Shown piece after piece: positions 11,645-24,635 of a stretch of DNA of 64,000 nucleotides. Under the pieces are notes generated by a model, which ran no database searches, was not told the origin of the DNA, and saw only the letters and a program-made list of their open reading frames with translations. The DNA comes from Octopus sinensis. Lineage: Eukaryota. The position numbers and the translations under genes are program-made. The stretch spans positions 26,846,001-26,910,000 of the forward strand of contig NC_043020.1 in NCBI RefSeq assembly GCF_006345805.1. Direction: 5' to 3'. Position 1 is the stretch's first letter, and every line of letters starts with the position of its first letter.

Positions 11645-11862
11645 TTGCGAGCTGGCAGAAACGTTAGCATGCCGGGCGAAATGCTTGGCGGTATTTCGTC
11701 TGCCGTTACGTTCTGAGTTCAAACTCCGCCGAGGTCGACTTTGCCTTTCATCCTTTCGGGGTCGATTAAATAAGTACCAGTTACGCACTGGGGTCGATAT
11801 AATCGACTTAATCCGTTTGTCTGTCCTTGTTTGTCCTCTCTATGTTTAGCCCCTTGTGGGTA
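11645..11862 (+). mobile_element. SINE family B, near full-length monomer
   Basis: gcgagctggcagaaacgttagc..gagttcaaactcc..gcctttcatcctttcggggtcg..tttagccccttgtgggtaataaa. Confidence 0.85.
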
Positions 11863-13899
11863 ATAAATATATATATATTGCCGCGCCTTACAACTATTCC
11901 TCACAATGCGATCAAACGCATAGGAGCTGGCAACTTCACCACCCAGATAATAGCGACATTTTCTTTTTTCATGTAGCTTTTGTTGTGATTGAAACCAACC
12001 TTAAATGGATGTCTGTGGCCGCTTTTTGTTTACGTCTCGTTGTGTTTGTACTGAAGTACTCCTACTTCTCACAGATAGGTTGTTCTTTTGTCCATTTTAT
12101 GCACAGTCATCACTGTCAAAAATTTCTCACGGTTGTCGTAAATCAGTGTTTTTCTGGGTTTTTTTTAATTTTCCATGTTAACTTTTTATCGTTCTGCAAA
12201 CATTCCATCCGCGCCCATCCCCTATTTCTTTTAAACCTATTACAGTCTGAGTCTGCATAAACCAATGTACCTACCTTTCCTTATCACAAATCATTAACAT
12301 GGTAAGGTGGGATTTACATACGATTTGGTATTCTCCAAGGACATACTCTTGATCTTTTACTTGTTTCGGTCATTAGACTACGGCCATGCTGGGGCACGAC
12401 CTTGAAGAATTTTTAATCGAATGTATCGATCGAAGTTCTTATTGCCGAACCACGAAGTTATGGCAACAAACTCAACAGCCCCGGTTGTCAAAAGGTGGGG
12501 GCGAACACACACACACACACATAAATATAAATATATATATATACATACACACACACACACGCACGCACGGTGCAATGTGTAAATTGTCGCCGTTTTATAT
12601 TTTTAATTTTGTCGACTACATTGTATAGTAGGGTCAATTGGGCACTGTCTAGGAGAAAACTATCACCATGACACCGCCAGAAATTTGGAAACTTGATGAT
12701 GCAATGGTGTTTGGGTGGCAATCTAAGGACATGTACCGAGAGTGGTAAAAATCAAACATCCAGTCAGCATCACTTATATATATATATATATATATTATAT
12801 ATTATATTAAACTGTTAAGAGTAGATATTAGACCTTGGTCTTAGCCAGAAACACACACGGGGCTCTTTAAGTTTCCGTCTGTGTGTGTGTGTGGGGGGCT
12901 CTTTAAGTTTCCGTCTGTGTATGTGTGTGTGTGGCCCGCCACCGCTTGACAACCGGTGTTAATGTGTTTATGTCCCCAGTTGTATTGGCGGTTTTGCATT
13001 AGAGATCGATAGAATAAGTACCAATCATAAAAAAGAGGGAAATAGTAAGAAAAATTAAAGTACTGGGGTCAATTCAATGGACTAAAAATTCTTCAAGGCT
13101 GAGCCCCAGCCTGGCCGCAGTCTAATGACTGAAATAAAAACATTAAAAAAAATCCCGTCTGAACAACAGCAACCTCATCTAAGATAACAACCACGACCAC
13201 CATTAAATAATTTAGGTCGAGTGTTTCCTGCTCTTTTCAAAAGGCGAGATGGTCACGTTTGGAATGCCTTCGATCATGCGTGTTCAATGAGTGGTGACTT
13301 GTAGCTAAATTGTCTCCATGCTCCTAAATTCAGTGTCACGTGTTACCATTGCTGTGTGACGTCACAAGGCCCTTTTTTTTTTCCTCTCATATAACCTTCC
13401 TTCCTTTCTCTTTGTCTCTGATGGTGGGTGACCTTTTTGTCACCAGTTTCTGTTGAATGGCAAATGCTGCTTTTCATCTCGTGTGTCAAGTTTTGTTGCT
13501 TGTGTATGAGGCGGGTGGGGGGGGGGCTTGGGAAGGATGAAAATGAGGAGAGGAAGAGCGAGAGATTGGGAGACGGAGAATAAAAAAATGGAGGGTGAAA
13601 GACAGGCTAAGTACGAGACAGGAAGAGGTAAGGGGCAAATACCCTGAATAGTAGTAGGAGGATGGGAAGAGAAACATTGTGGTACACGTAGGGAAAAGCT
13701 GAATGAGAGAAAAGGGACCTACCTATCCCTCTTTCTACCAACCTACTTATCTACCTATTTCTCTACCTACTTACCAGTTTGTTTTCTCGCTTCTTTATAT
13801 CCAATTCTCTCCTTCGTTCTACTAGAAACCAGATCAAATCTCCAAATATAAAGTTTGTAGTTCAGTGTCCGTCCTAGACGCATATGAAGTGTGTGTTAT

Positions 13900-13918
13900 A
13901 TATAATATATCTTATATA

Positions 13919-13963
<45 letters not shown>

Positions 13964-14337
13964 ATACATGCATATATATATTACATGATATATATATATA
14001 CACATGCATTCTATCTATACACATGCATATATATATATATACTGCTGATAATATACAAATGCATATATATATATCCACTGCATATATATATATAACATGC
14101 ATATATATATTACACATGCATATATATATATATACCATGCATATATATATATAGACATGCATATATATTATATACACATGCATATATATATATATACACA
14201 TGCATAATATATATATACACATGCATATATATAGATACACATCATATATTAATATATATAACTGCATATATATATATTATACACATGCATATATATATAT
14301 ATATTATATCCACCTGCATATATATATATATTGTATC

Positions 14338-14404
<67 letters not shown>

Positions 14405-14450
14405 TAAAATACACATAATATATACATATATATACACATATATATACATA

Positions 14451-14481
<31 letters not shown>

Positions 14482-14760
14482 CTATAATATCATATACACA
14501 TAAGTATATATTATATATATAAAATTATATAATATATATATACATATATATTATACATATATATATATATATATATATACATATATATATACATATATAT
14601 ATATATACATATATATATAATATACATATATATATATATATACATATATATAATATATTACATATATTATAATATACATATATATAATATATATATATAC
14701 TATATATCTATATACCATATATATATACACACTATATATATATGTATATATACATTACCG

Positions 14761-14791
<31 letters not shown>

Positions 14792-14835
14792 CACATTATA
14801 TACATTATATGTTATATATATATATACATACATAT
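13900..14835. repeat. Compound (TA)n microsatellite with recurring atgcat units
   Basis: Direct inspection. Confidence 0.95.
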
Positions 14836-14839
14836 TAAC

Positions 14840-17580
14840 TTAAATCCTTTAAAATGTTTAGAGCCCTAAGGCCGCGGCCATGCTGGGGCACCACCGATGA
14901 ATGAGCTACACTAATTTGTGAATCCACCTCTGATTACGTGGCACTTGATCAACAAGGGTGTTCGATGCTGCTGCCCGCATTTGTCTCCTGTCGTGAGGTA
15001 GGTTCATCTGGGACTCCCGACAAGAAGAGATCCAGTTTAGTTTTAAAGACACCCATCCACACCATGTAAGTCTCTCAGGCATTTAGGGAGGATGTTAAAG
15101 AGCTGTGGTCCTCTGAACTCAAGCTTTGCAGTATCTGGACCTGTTTTTGATGGTGATGTTGGAATCCTTGGCACCATGCAGTGGCGCCCCGTTCTGCGGT
15201 TGGGGTAACTTTGAATGCCAAAGTTTGGGACCCACACCCTCCAGGATTTTCCAGATGTGTATCACCGCAATCTCTCTCCCGCCTCCGCTCTAGGGAGAAG
15301 AGGTTTAATACCTTCAGTCTTTCCCAGTAGCTGATATTTTGCATTGAGAGACGATTTTCTTTGTGTAGCTTCTCTGAATTGCTTCGAGTTCTGCTGTTAG
15401 TTTTATATTGGTGGTGACCACAGTTTGGAGCAGTAGTCCAAGCGGCTGAGGACGAATGTTTTCTATAGGACCATCAGTGTCCTCCTCTCTTGTTTCTGGA
15501 AAGTTCGTAGAATCCATCCAGCTAACCGTCTGCCTTTTATCACCAGATTAGCAATATGCACTTGGAAAGATGCATCATTGCTCATGTCAGTGCCCAGGTC
15601 ACGCACTGATTTTGACTCAGGGATTGCAATTCTTCCTGGGCCAGTGTATCCAGTCTGCACGTCATTTACCTTTGTGTGCCAGTAACGCAGAGCCTGGAAC
15701 TTACCTGCATTAAACTGCATGTTGTTGTCCTCAGCCCACCTGTATATTGTGTCCAACTCATGTTGCAGATGCGCAATATTTTCAGGGTTTTGTATTGCGT
15801 GGAAGACTTTTGTGTCATCTGCATAGCTAGCAAGGGTGGCCATCGTATCAACTGAAGGCATGTCTGAAAGAGCCACTATGAACATCAGTGGCCCCAAGAC
15901 AGTGCCCTGTGGGACACCGCTTGCTATTTGTGTTTCCTTGGAGGTGGCTCCAATGCTCACAACTGCCTGTTTTCTGTCTTTTAGGAAGTTGTGCAGCCAC
16001 TCTCCAAGTTTTCCGCCTATGCCGAGACCACGCAGTTTGTGACAGATCATACCATGGTCGACCTTATCAAAGGCTTTTGCAAAGTCAAGATATATTACAT
16101 CCACATTTGAGCCATTTAGTAGTGTTGCAGGAGCTGTGTTAGGCAGCTTCTACCTGGTCGAAATCCATGCTGGGTGTCAGACAGCAAGTCATTTTCTTCA
16201 AGGAACATGATTAGTTTCTTACAGACTATTCGTTCCATGACTTTGCTAATGTGTGAGGTCAGAGAGATAGGCCTATAATTTTTAGCATCTGCTCTGCTAC
16301 CTCCCTTATGGATAGGGCATATTACCCCCTCTTTCAATTTGACTGGGAGCTTACCACTTGCAAGAAATCTCTGAAAAAGAAGCTGTAGCGGTTTTGCAAG
16401 GGCTCGTTTGCACGATTTGAGAAGGATCGCTGGAATCCATCAGGTCCAGCAGCTGAGTTTGTGTCAATCTCATCTATGGCTAGTGTGATATCATCATCTT
16501 CGATGTTGATGTACTCAATTTTTGCCTCTTTGGCCGCAGGTAAAGTGGCAAAGAATTCTTCTGGGTTGTTTACTTGCCTGTGTCCTAGAGGTGTAGTGAA
16601 CACACTTTGGAATTGTTCGTTCAGTATTTCACTTATCCTCGTGGGATTTCCTGTGAGAGAGCCATCTTTTTGGAAGAGAGGTCCTATTCTCTGGTGCACT
16701 GTGGCTGTCTCTTTGGCAAACTTAAAGAAAGCTTTAGGGTTTGATTTTATATTTTCTATTACCCAAGCTTCTTTATCTGCTCTCTCCTTTTCATGGGACT
16801 GATGCAGACTTTTCTCAGTTTCCATTAGCATTTAGGCCAATCCTGTTTGAGGATCTCTTTCTCAATCAACTTCCACATTGGGGAGGTTAAAGTCACCCAT
16901 GAAGAATACACTGTTGTGTTGTTCAAGGTTGGTGAGGACTTCTTTTTTTGTTAGGCAGTCTTCAAACATGCCTGAGTGATTTGGGGCATCTGGTGGGCGA
17001 TATGTAGTGCATATGACGATATTCAGTTGTCTTATGTGTACAATTTGAGTTTCACACACTGAGTTTGAATATGACACACAGACCTGGGGCGTGAGGTCAT
17101 CTCGGATGTACATTGCAACTCCCCCATGGCTCCTCCCTTTTCTATCTGTGCCTATGACTGCATATTGCGGCATGTGTATTTCTGCATCACCTATATCGGG
17201 TTCAAGATGCGTTTCTGTGAGTGCCATGCATATAGCTTGATTGCATGTCACAAGGTCTCTCAGGAATGAGATTTTCCTTTTACAGTTGCCACGCAGCAGC
17301 CCTCCTACGTTCAGCAGAAATATTTTTGTGGTGTATGTGTTGGTGTTGGTGTCTGTGGTGGCCATCCTGCATCTGTTGGAGGTGGCCTTATGTGGTGGTA
17401 GTTCCAGCTTTGTGCTTGTAGCCTGGTCAGCTGCTGAACAATTTTTTGTGCCATGCACAAAAAAGAGATTGCTGTTCAGCTGCTGCCCTTCTCACATCTA
17501 GGTGAAGCTGGCCATTTGTTGGGTTACCGCGCACCACACCCGCATATCGTCTTTCAGGAGTGGTCAGTGCGCTTTGTTTC
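14840..17580 (-). mobile_element. Decayed, 5'-truncated CR1/L2-group LINE (APE + RT)
   Basis: APE fragments (IFLLNVGGL, MALTETHL, GRSHGGVAMYIR, IVHI..TTYRPP, FFMGDFNLP). RT fragments (NYRPISLTSHISKVMERIV, QHGFRPGRSCLTQLL, VIYLDFAKAFDKVDH, SGVPQGTVLGPLMF, YADDTK). C-terminal WERLKVLNLFSLERRRER and KTKLDLFLSGVPDEP. Confidence 0.95.
15000..17345 (-). pseudogene. LINE ORF2 (endonuclease-reverse transcriptase), disrupted by frameshifts, stops and internal deletions
   Basis: Motifs are split across ORFs 16862-17458, 16334-16831, 16116-16337, 15463-16104, 15314-15517 and 15075-15344 in different frames. Confidence 0.9.
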
Positions 17581-17589
17581 CTTCTTTTA

Positions 17590-17597
17590 TATTTTTC

Positions 17598-17637
<40 letters not shown>

Positions 17638-18200
17638 CATATATATATATATACATACATATATATATACATACATATATACATACATATATATATATAT
17701 ATATACATACATATATATATACAATATACATACATACATACATATATATAATACATACATATATACATACATATATATATACATACATATATATATTATA
17801 TACATACATACATATATATACATACATACATATATACATACATATATATATACATACATACATATATACATACATATAATATACATACATACATATATAT
17901 CTATATACATACATACATACATACATATATATACATATATATATGTATATATATATATATATATACATACATAGATATATATACATATATACATACATAT
18001 ATATATATATATACATACATATATATATTATACATATATACATACATATATATATCTATACATACATATATATATATATATATACACATATATATATATA
18101 TACATACATATATATATATACATACATATATATATATTAGCATACATATATATATACTTACATATATATATATATACATACATATATATATATAAATACA
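17590..18200. repeat. Compound (TA)n/(TACA)n tract
   Basis: Direct inspection. Confidence 0.95.
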
Positions 18201-18794
18201 TATATTGCTTTCCACACGCTGCCACACAACATCTTTCGTCTGTTCGGTTTTTCTCATTTGTCCTCTTGTTTGTTTGATCTCCCATATGTATTCCTTTTTA
18301 TTTCTCGTCTTGTATTTTTTTGTACATGTATTTTTATCTTGTATTTTATTGTGCAGTTTTATTGTTACATCCTGTTTTGTTCTTACCCTTTTATACCCCG
18401 CTCCTTGGAATTTATTTTAATTCTCTCGCAGGAAGGCCTAGTTAACGAGTTCTCCTGTCTTGCCTTCGAAACACGGCCTGAGTTTAACTAGCGACAACTG
18501 ATGACGGTGATTTTTCCTTGTGTAGCTTGTCCTGTACTTGTTTCCTTGTAAAAAAGTTTTGGATTTTTCCTTGTGTAGCCTGTCCTGTACTTGTTAAATT
18601 TTTTGTTTTTATTACCGTTTTCTACATCTTGTTTGACGTCCTGTACTACGTAATTTATTTATATGTACATTATATATCTACATGTAGATGTAGGTACGTA
18701 CATATATGTTTGTATGTATGCATATATTTTTATTATCACATTATTGTCTGACAGCGCCTCGCGTCAGGTTCGTTCCACTTCTTGTCTCCATTTA

Positions 18795-18800
18795 ATTTAT

Positions 18801-18832
<32 letters not shown>

Positions 18833-19477
18833 CATACACACATACACATATATATATATACATACACACATACACATATATATACATACACACATACACA
18901 TATATATATATACATGCATACACATACATATATATATACATATACATGCATACATACACATACATATATGCATATACATACATACATATATACACACATG
19001 TATATATACATATACATACATATATGTATATATATATATATACACACACACATATATATATACATATACATACATATATATATGTATACATATATATATG
19101 TATACACATACATATATATATGTATATATATATATACATACACACACATATATATATATATACATACATATATATACATACACATATATATATCTATATA
19201 CATACATATATATATACATACACATATATATATATACATACTTATATATATGTATACATATACATACATATATATGTATACATATACATATATATATGTA
19301 TACATATATATATGTATACATATACATACATATATATATGTATACACATACATATATATATATACATACACACATATACATACATATATATATGTATACA
19401 CATACATATATATATACATACACACATATATATACATACATATACACATACATATATATATACACACATACATATAC

Positions 19478-19509
<32 letters not shown>

Positions 19510-19751
19510 ACATACATATACACATACATATATATATATACATATATACATACATACATATATATATACATACATATATATATATACATACATATATATA
19601 TACATATATATACATACATATATATACATATATATACAATATATATACATACATATATATACATATATATACATATATATATATATACAATATATACATA
19701 TATATCTATATATATATACATATATATACTATATATATATATAATATATAC

Positions 19752-19782
<31 letters not shown>

Positions 19783-19905
19783 CATATATACATATATATA
19801 TATAATATATACATATAAATACATATATATATACATATATATACATATAATACATATATATATACATATATATATATACATATAAATACATATATACACA
19901 TACAT
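18795..19905. repeat. ~1.1-kb compound (TA)n/(CA)n/(TACA)n tract
   Basis: Direct inspection; source of the 200-320 aa YI/HT ORFs. Confidence 0.95.
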
Positions 19906-20190
19906 CTTTATATATATGAAACTGAGAATGTGTGTCTGTCTGTCTGTGTGTTTCCCTAAAACTTGAGAACTACACTACCAATTTCATTCAAATTTTACAC
20001 ATACCTTACTTAAGGTCCGGGGAGTGTCATTCACAAAAAAAATGTTAACTTTTTCCCTAGGGCGACCCAACAGCAATATCATATCTTCTCCACTATTTCA
20101 GTATTACGTGTTAAAAGTGAAACAAGACCCTCTCTCTTTTGTAATGCAGACACTTTCACTATTAAAGTGAAAGTATTATATAACAGGGAT
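19905..20190 (+). mobile_element. Helitron/DINE-like element, 5' part (same family as 10700-11000)
   Basis: tctttatatatatgaaactgagaatgtgtgtctgtctgtctg..aaaacttgagaactacactaccaatttcattcaaattttacac. Confidence 0.55.
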
Positions 20191-21144
20191 GAACCATTAA
20201 CAATGGTCATCTGTTTTGCTAGAGGAAGATCCGCTATGGTCTTATATGCTACACCACTGGTTTTCAATTCATATTAATCAAATTAATATTCAATTCAGAC
20301 AGACCAAAACCCCGTGAGTGGATTTGGTAGATGGAAACTAAAAGAAGCCCGTCGTATATATATATCAGTATATATCTGTGTGTGTAATAATTCTCCACGG
20401 TCGGACATATTTTCACTAAACGTTGAAATGAATAACACTGCTTGTGTGACGGTGAAGCTCGTCTACAACTATCGAGTGATGTGTAGGCAAGAAACACATA
20501 CACAGCAGGCTTCTTTCAGTTTCCGTCTGACAAATCAGCTCTAAGGTGTAATAAAATACAGTGGGACAGAACCCGTGTCGTTGGAAAGCACACTTTTGAA
20601 CCACACATCCTATACACAAATTATGAAATTAAAAAAAAATATTAAATAAATGAATAACGAACGTCACGTGATAGAATATTCTTTATTTCCTTCAATATTG
20701 ATACAATATTAACTTTATTGCAGAAAAGCCATTTGCCTGTATTGTTTGGGTTTATAAAGTTAAATTTGCTTCTTGTTATGTTGTGTGTGCGTTTGTGTAC
20801 TTGTATAAAGTGACATTAGTGTTGGTGTTGTTATTTAGGAATGGCTTAAATCGAATACAAAAGCATAGAATAATAAAACAACATACAAACCTGCAAAGTA
20901 TTTCTAGATGTATGAGGAGACATCCTCGTCGTTTGACGTCCGCTTTCCATGCTGGCATGGGTTTGACATGATGTCAGGACAGCTCCTTGCTAGCCAAGTA
21001 AAACTTGATCCTAAGCTACAAAAATCTTTGATCTCTCGTCCGGATCATTTCAACAAACCGTTCATTTTATTTCTTTAAGTTGATTGGCTAAACCAATGAC
21101 CAATCAAAAATGAGATTGAAGTGCCCCATGATGCGATCATTTCT

Positions 21145-21392
21145 GAATTTGAACTCAGAACATAGCGGCAGACGAAATACCTATTTCTTTACTACCCACA
21201 AGGGGCTAAACACAGAGAGAACAAACAAGGACAGACAAACGGATTAAGTCGATTATATCGATCCCAGTGCGTAACTGGTACTTATTTAATCGACCCTGAA
21301 AGGATGAAAGGCAAAGTCGACCTCGGCGGAATTTGAATTCAGGACGTAGTGGCAGACGAAATACCGCTAACGTTTCTGCCAGCTCGCCGTCT
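21145..21392 (-). mobile_element. SINE family B with dimeric junction
   Basis: Same motifs as other copies; head ttctgccagctcgccg at ~21374-21389. Confidence 0.85.
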
Positions 21393-21611
21393 TAACTTGC
21401 AATTACTTACAGACTCACCCTTGTATATATATAAACGTTTGTACGTGCTTAACAGCAGCCACACCAACAAAAGGAAACGACGAAATGTAATTATAAGCAA
21501 TAGGCCAAGGAAGTATCAACAGAAGCAAATTTGGATTTATCTTTTAGATGAATGTTTACCCGGTGATGGACTTTCAAAAATACATTGACCGGGGCGAACT
21601 TCACCTAAGCG

Positions 21612-21953
21612 ATAACCAATAGAAAAAGAGAGATACTCTCTCACTGCCCGCCTTATAACCAATAGAAAAAGAGAGATACTCTCTCACTGCCCGCCTTATA
21701 ACCAATAGAAAAAGAGAGATACTCTCTCACTGCCCGCCTTATAACCAATAGAAAAAGAGAGATACTCTCTCACTGCCCGCCTTATAAGCAATAGAAAAAG
21801 AGAGATACTCTCTCACTGCCCGCCTTATAACCAATAGAAAAAGAGAGATACTCTCTCACTGCCCGCCTTATAACCAATAGAAAAAGAGAGATACTCTCTC
21901 ACTGCCCGCCTTATAAGCAATAGAAAAAGAGAGATACTCTCTCACTGCCCGCC
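21612..21953 (+). repeat. 43-bp minisatellite, 8 copies (ataaccaatagaaaaagagagatactctctcactgcccgcctt)
   Basis: Units start at 21612, 21655, 21698, 21741, 21784, 21827, 21870 and 21913; copies 5 and 8 have agcaat instead of accaat. Confidence 0.95.
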
Positions 21954-23227
21954 TGTTTCAAGGTGGAAGCGTTTTATCGTTGTAGCTGTGTAGTCCCCAC
22001 CCCAGCCAGTTCTGATCTCCATCAGGACTATGGCACATGGTTAGTTTGGCTTGAGCAATTATGGCCTGACGATTTCTCTTCACCCATAAAAACTGACCAT
22101 ACGAACACCCAGTAAGCAATTTTACCTGACAACTGCAGATAAATCTCCATTCATGAAACACAAATGAAAGAGCACACATTGCCTTTTTAATTTCTCTCTA
22201 TCTCTCAGTATCTTATCGTTTTAACGTCCATTATTCCATGCTCATACGGGTCAGATGGATAGCATTCGTTTCCAGCCGTCAACGGTGTGAAGATTAGAAG
22301 ACACACAAGGCTTTTGTTGGTCCGAGACAATAGTCCAAGGTGCTGCACAGTGGGACTTGAACGCGTGACCACATGGTTAAGGAGGCGATCTCGTTAACCA
22401 TACTACATACAGTCACACCTGTATCGATTTTATACGAATAGTAGAAAAACCATCAGATCAGGTTGCATCTTCAGCGTTGCGATTGGTTGGAGTTAAGCGA
22501 ATGAATGTTCACCCGGTGATGATAAAGTTAACTGCACACACCTCCCGGGCAGACATCATCCACTCAAAACAACCAGTAAAAGTTTAAAGCAAGGAAGAGA
22601 TAATGGAGATGCCAAGAAGAATGACTGCTTCTGCTGTTCTTCCGAAAAACAACTGCAAACGTCTTGCACTGCAACGAAAAAAAATTAATTAAATTAAGAC
22701 ATTTTATTTCTTTAATGACAGGGATAATAATTAATGATGCATAAATATTATTATTTAGCTAATCAATTTAAGGTTTTAATGACAGGGAATGAGGGACAAA
22801 ATAGACAAGGCAGACCATCAAATAATACATAGATTGGTGTGTGTCTGTGTATCTATATGCGCGTGTTGTGTGTATATATATTATATATATATATGTGTGT
22901 GTGGTGTGTATGTATGTATGTGTGTGTGTATGTATGTTGTATATATATGTATGTATATGTGTGTATGTATATATTTGTATGATATATATGTATGTATATT
23001 ATTTATGTATGAATATATATTTTGTATATGTATATATATGTATGAATATATATGTATGTATATATATTTATGTATATGTATATGTATGTATGTTGTTGTA
23101 GTATATATATATATATGTATATAAATGTATGTATATGTATATATGTGTTTGTATATAAATATATATATATATATATATATGAAAAAACAAGTAAAATAGA
23201 AAATGCTAAAATAATTTTATAGTGAAC

Positions 23228-23271
23228 ATTTCAGTACCGGTTTCGGTCATTGAGACCTTTTCAACTGTAAC
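23228..23271 (-). ncRNA. Minimal type I hammerhead ribozyme, U3:A8 core variant (left arm)
   Basis: guuacag-UUGAAAA-gguc ucaau gacc-GAAA-c cg GUA-cugaaau: stems I, II and a minimal palindromic stem III. Confidence 0.65.
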
Positions 23272-23500
23272 TATTAAATAATTAATTTTAGAAAAATTAG
23301 AAGAAAAGTTTTTTTAAAAGAATATTTCTATAGTAGTGTTCGATTTAAGTGGCATTCTGCCTTTCTCTGACTCCCTTGTTTGCACTTGTGCAAACAAGGA
23401 GTCAGAGAAAGGCAGAATGCCACTTAAATCTGAACACTACTATAGAAATATTCTTTTAAAAAAACTTTTCTTCTAATTTTTCTAAATTTAATTATTTAAT

Positions 23501-23545
23501 CGTACAGTTGAAAAGGTCTCAAATGACCGAAACCGGTACTGAAAT
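23501..23545 (+). ncRNA. Minimal type I hammerhead ribozyme, U3:A8 core variant (right arm); predicted cleavage after 23538
   Basis: cguacag-UUGAAAA-gguc ucaaau gacc-GAAA-c cg GUA-cugaaau. Confidence 0.65.
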
Positions 23546-23633
23546 GTCACTAAAAATTATTTTAGCATTTTCTATTTTTTACTTGTTTTTTCATATATCA
23601 TCACTCGTGTGTTTCCTTTTCCACCCTTATACA

Positions 23634-23671
<38 letters not shown>

Positions 23672-23699
23672 AATGTATGTATATGTATATATGTGTGTG

Positions 23700-23745
<46 letters not shown>

Positions 23746-23777
23746 AATGTATGTATATGTATATATGTGTGTGTATG

Positions 23778-23809
<32 letters not shown>

Positions 23810-24007
23810 AATGTATGTATATGTATTATATGTGTGTATGTATATATATATATGTATATATAAATGTATGTATATGTATACATGTGCTCGTATGTATATA
23901 TATATATATATCTACGTAATGTATCACGTACGTATGTGTGTGTATACATGTGTTCGTATGTATATATATCTACGTAATGTATCACGTATGTATGTATGTG
24001 TGTGTGC

Positions 24008-24047
<40 letters not shown>

Positions 24048-24264
24048 CAATACGCACACACAGTTTGCCGATAAACACTAAAATCATATTCTATACAAAT
24101 AAACGGCACATACATTCACACAGACACGCTAGTAACGAAATAGGAGAAAATGTTCTCAACACTGCAAAGGGGGATGCAATTCTTTGATAGAATATTATAT
24201 TTCCGGTGCGCAAGATTTCTTGCCAAGGGACATCAATCTTTCGCCAACATTAATACTCTTATAC

Positions 24265-24433
24265 TTGTTTCAGTCACGTGACTGTGGCCATGCTGGAGCA
24301 CCGCCTTTAGTCTTTGTAAGCCTAGTACTTATTCTATCGGTCTCTTTCGCCGAACAGCTAAGTTACGGGGACGTAAACACACCAGCATCGGTGTCAAACA
24401 ATGCTAGGGGGACAAACACATATACACAAACAT

Positions 24434-24481
<48 letters not shown>

Positions 24482-24635
24482 GACGGGCTTCTTTCAGTTT
24501 CCGTCTACCAAATCCACTCACAAGGCTTTGGTCGGCCCGAGGCTATATAGTAAAAGACACTTGCCCAAGGTGCCACGTAGTGGGACTGAACCCGGAACCA
24601 TGTGGTTGGTAAGCAAGCTACTTACCACACAGCCA
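24265..24635 (-). mobile_element. tRNA-derived CORE-like SINE family A
   Basis: Reverse complement of ggctgtgtggtaag..ggttccgggttcagtccc..caccttgggcaagtgtctt..ggcggtgctccagcatggcc..gactgaaacaag. Confidence 0.85.

Larger units (their letters stand above)
23181..23592. repeat. 412-bp near-perfect palindrome (205-bp arms, 2-nt loop at 23386-23387), Penelope-like inverted terminal fragments
   Basis: gaaaaaacaagtaaaatagaaaatgctaaaataa...tttgcac tt gtgcaaa...ttattttagcattttctattttttacttgttttttc; flanked by (TA)n. Confidence 0.95.

Noticed and set aside
18420-18510. Possible hammerhead (gaaggc..gccttc-GAAAC, later CUGAUGA); related CUGAUGA at ~31663 on the minus strand
   Set aside because: Core elements are not in a workable order or pairing for type I, II or III; at best a badly decayed remnant.
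17453-19901. Long ORFs (up to 320 aa; also the 506-aa ORF at 29355-30875 and many others) rich in YI/HT/CV/LS
   Set aside because: They are translations of dinucleotide and tetranucleotide microsatellites that lack stop codons; not genes.
21612-21953. CRISPR-like appearance of the 43-bp array
   Set aside because: Repeats are contiguous with no unique spacers, there are no cas genes, and the context is eukaryotic.
21545-22690. Shared 22-mer atgaatgtt(t/c)acccggtgatg at ~21550 and ~22501, reading DECLPG/NECSPG like EGF-domain starts
   Set aside because: Frames close quickly, cysteine spacing does not fit EGF, and there are no consistent splice sites.
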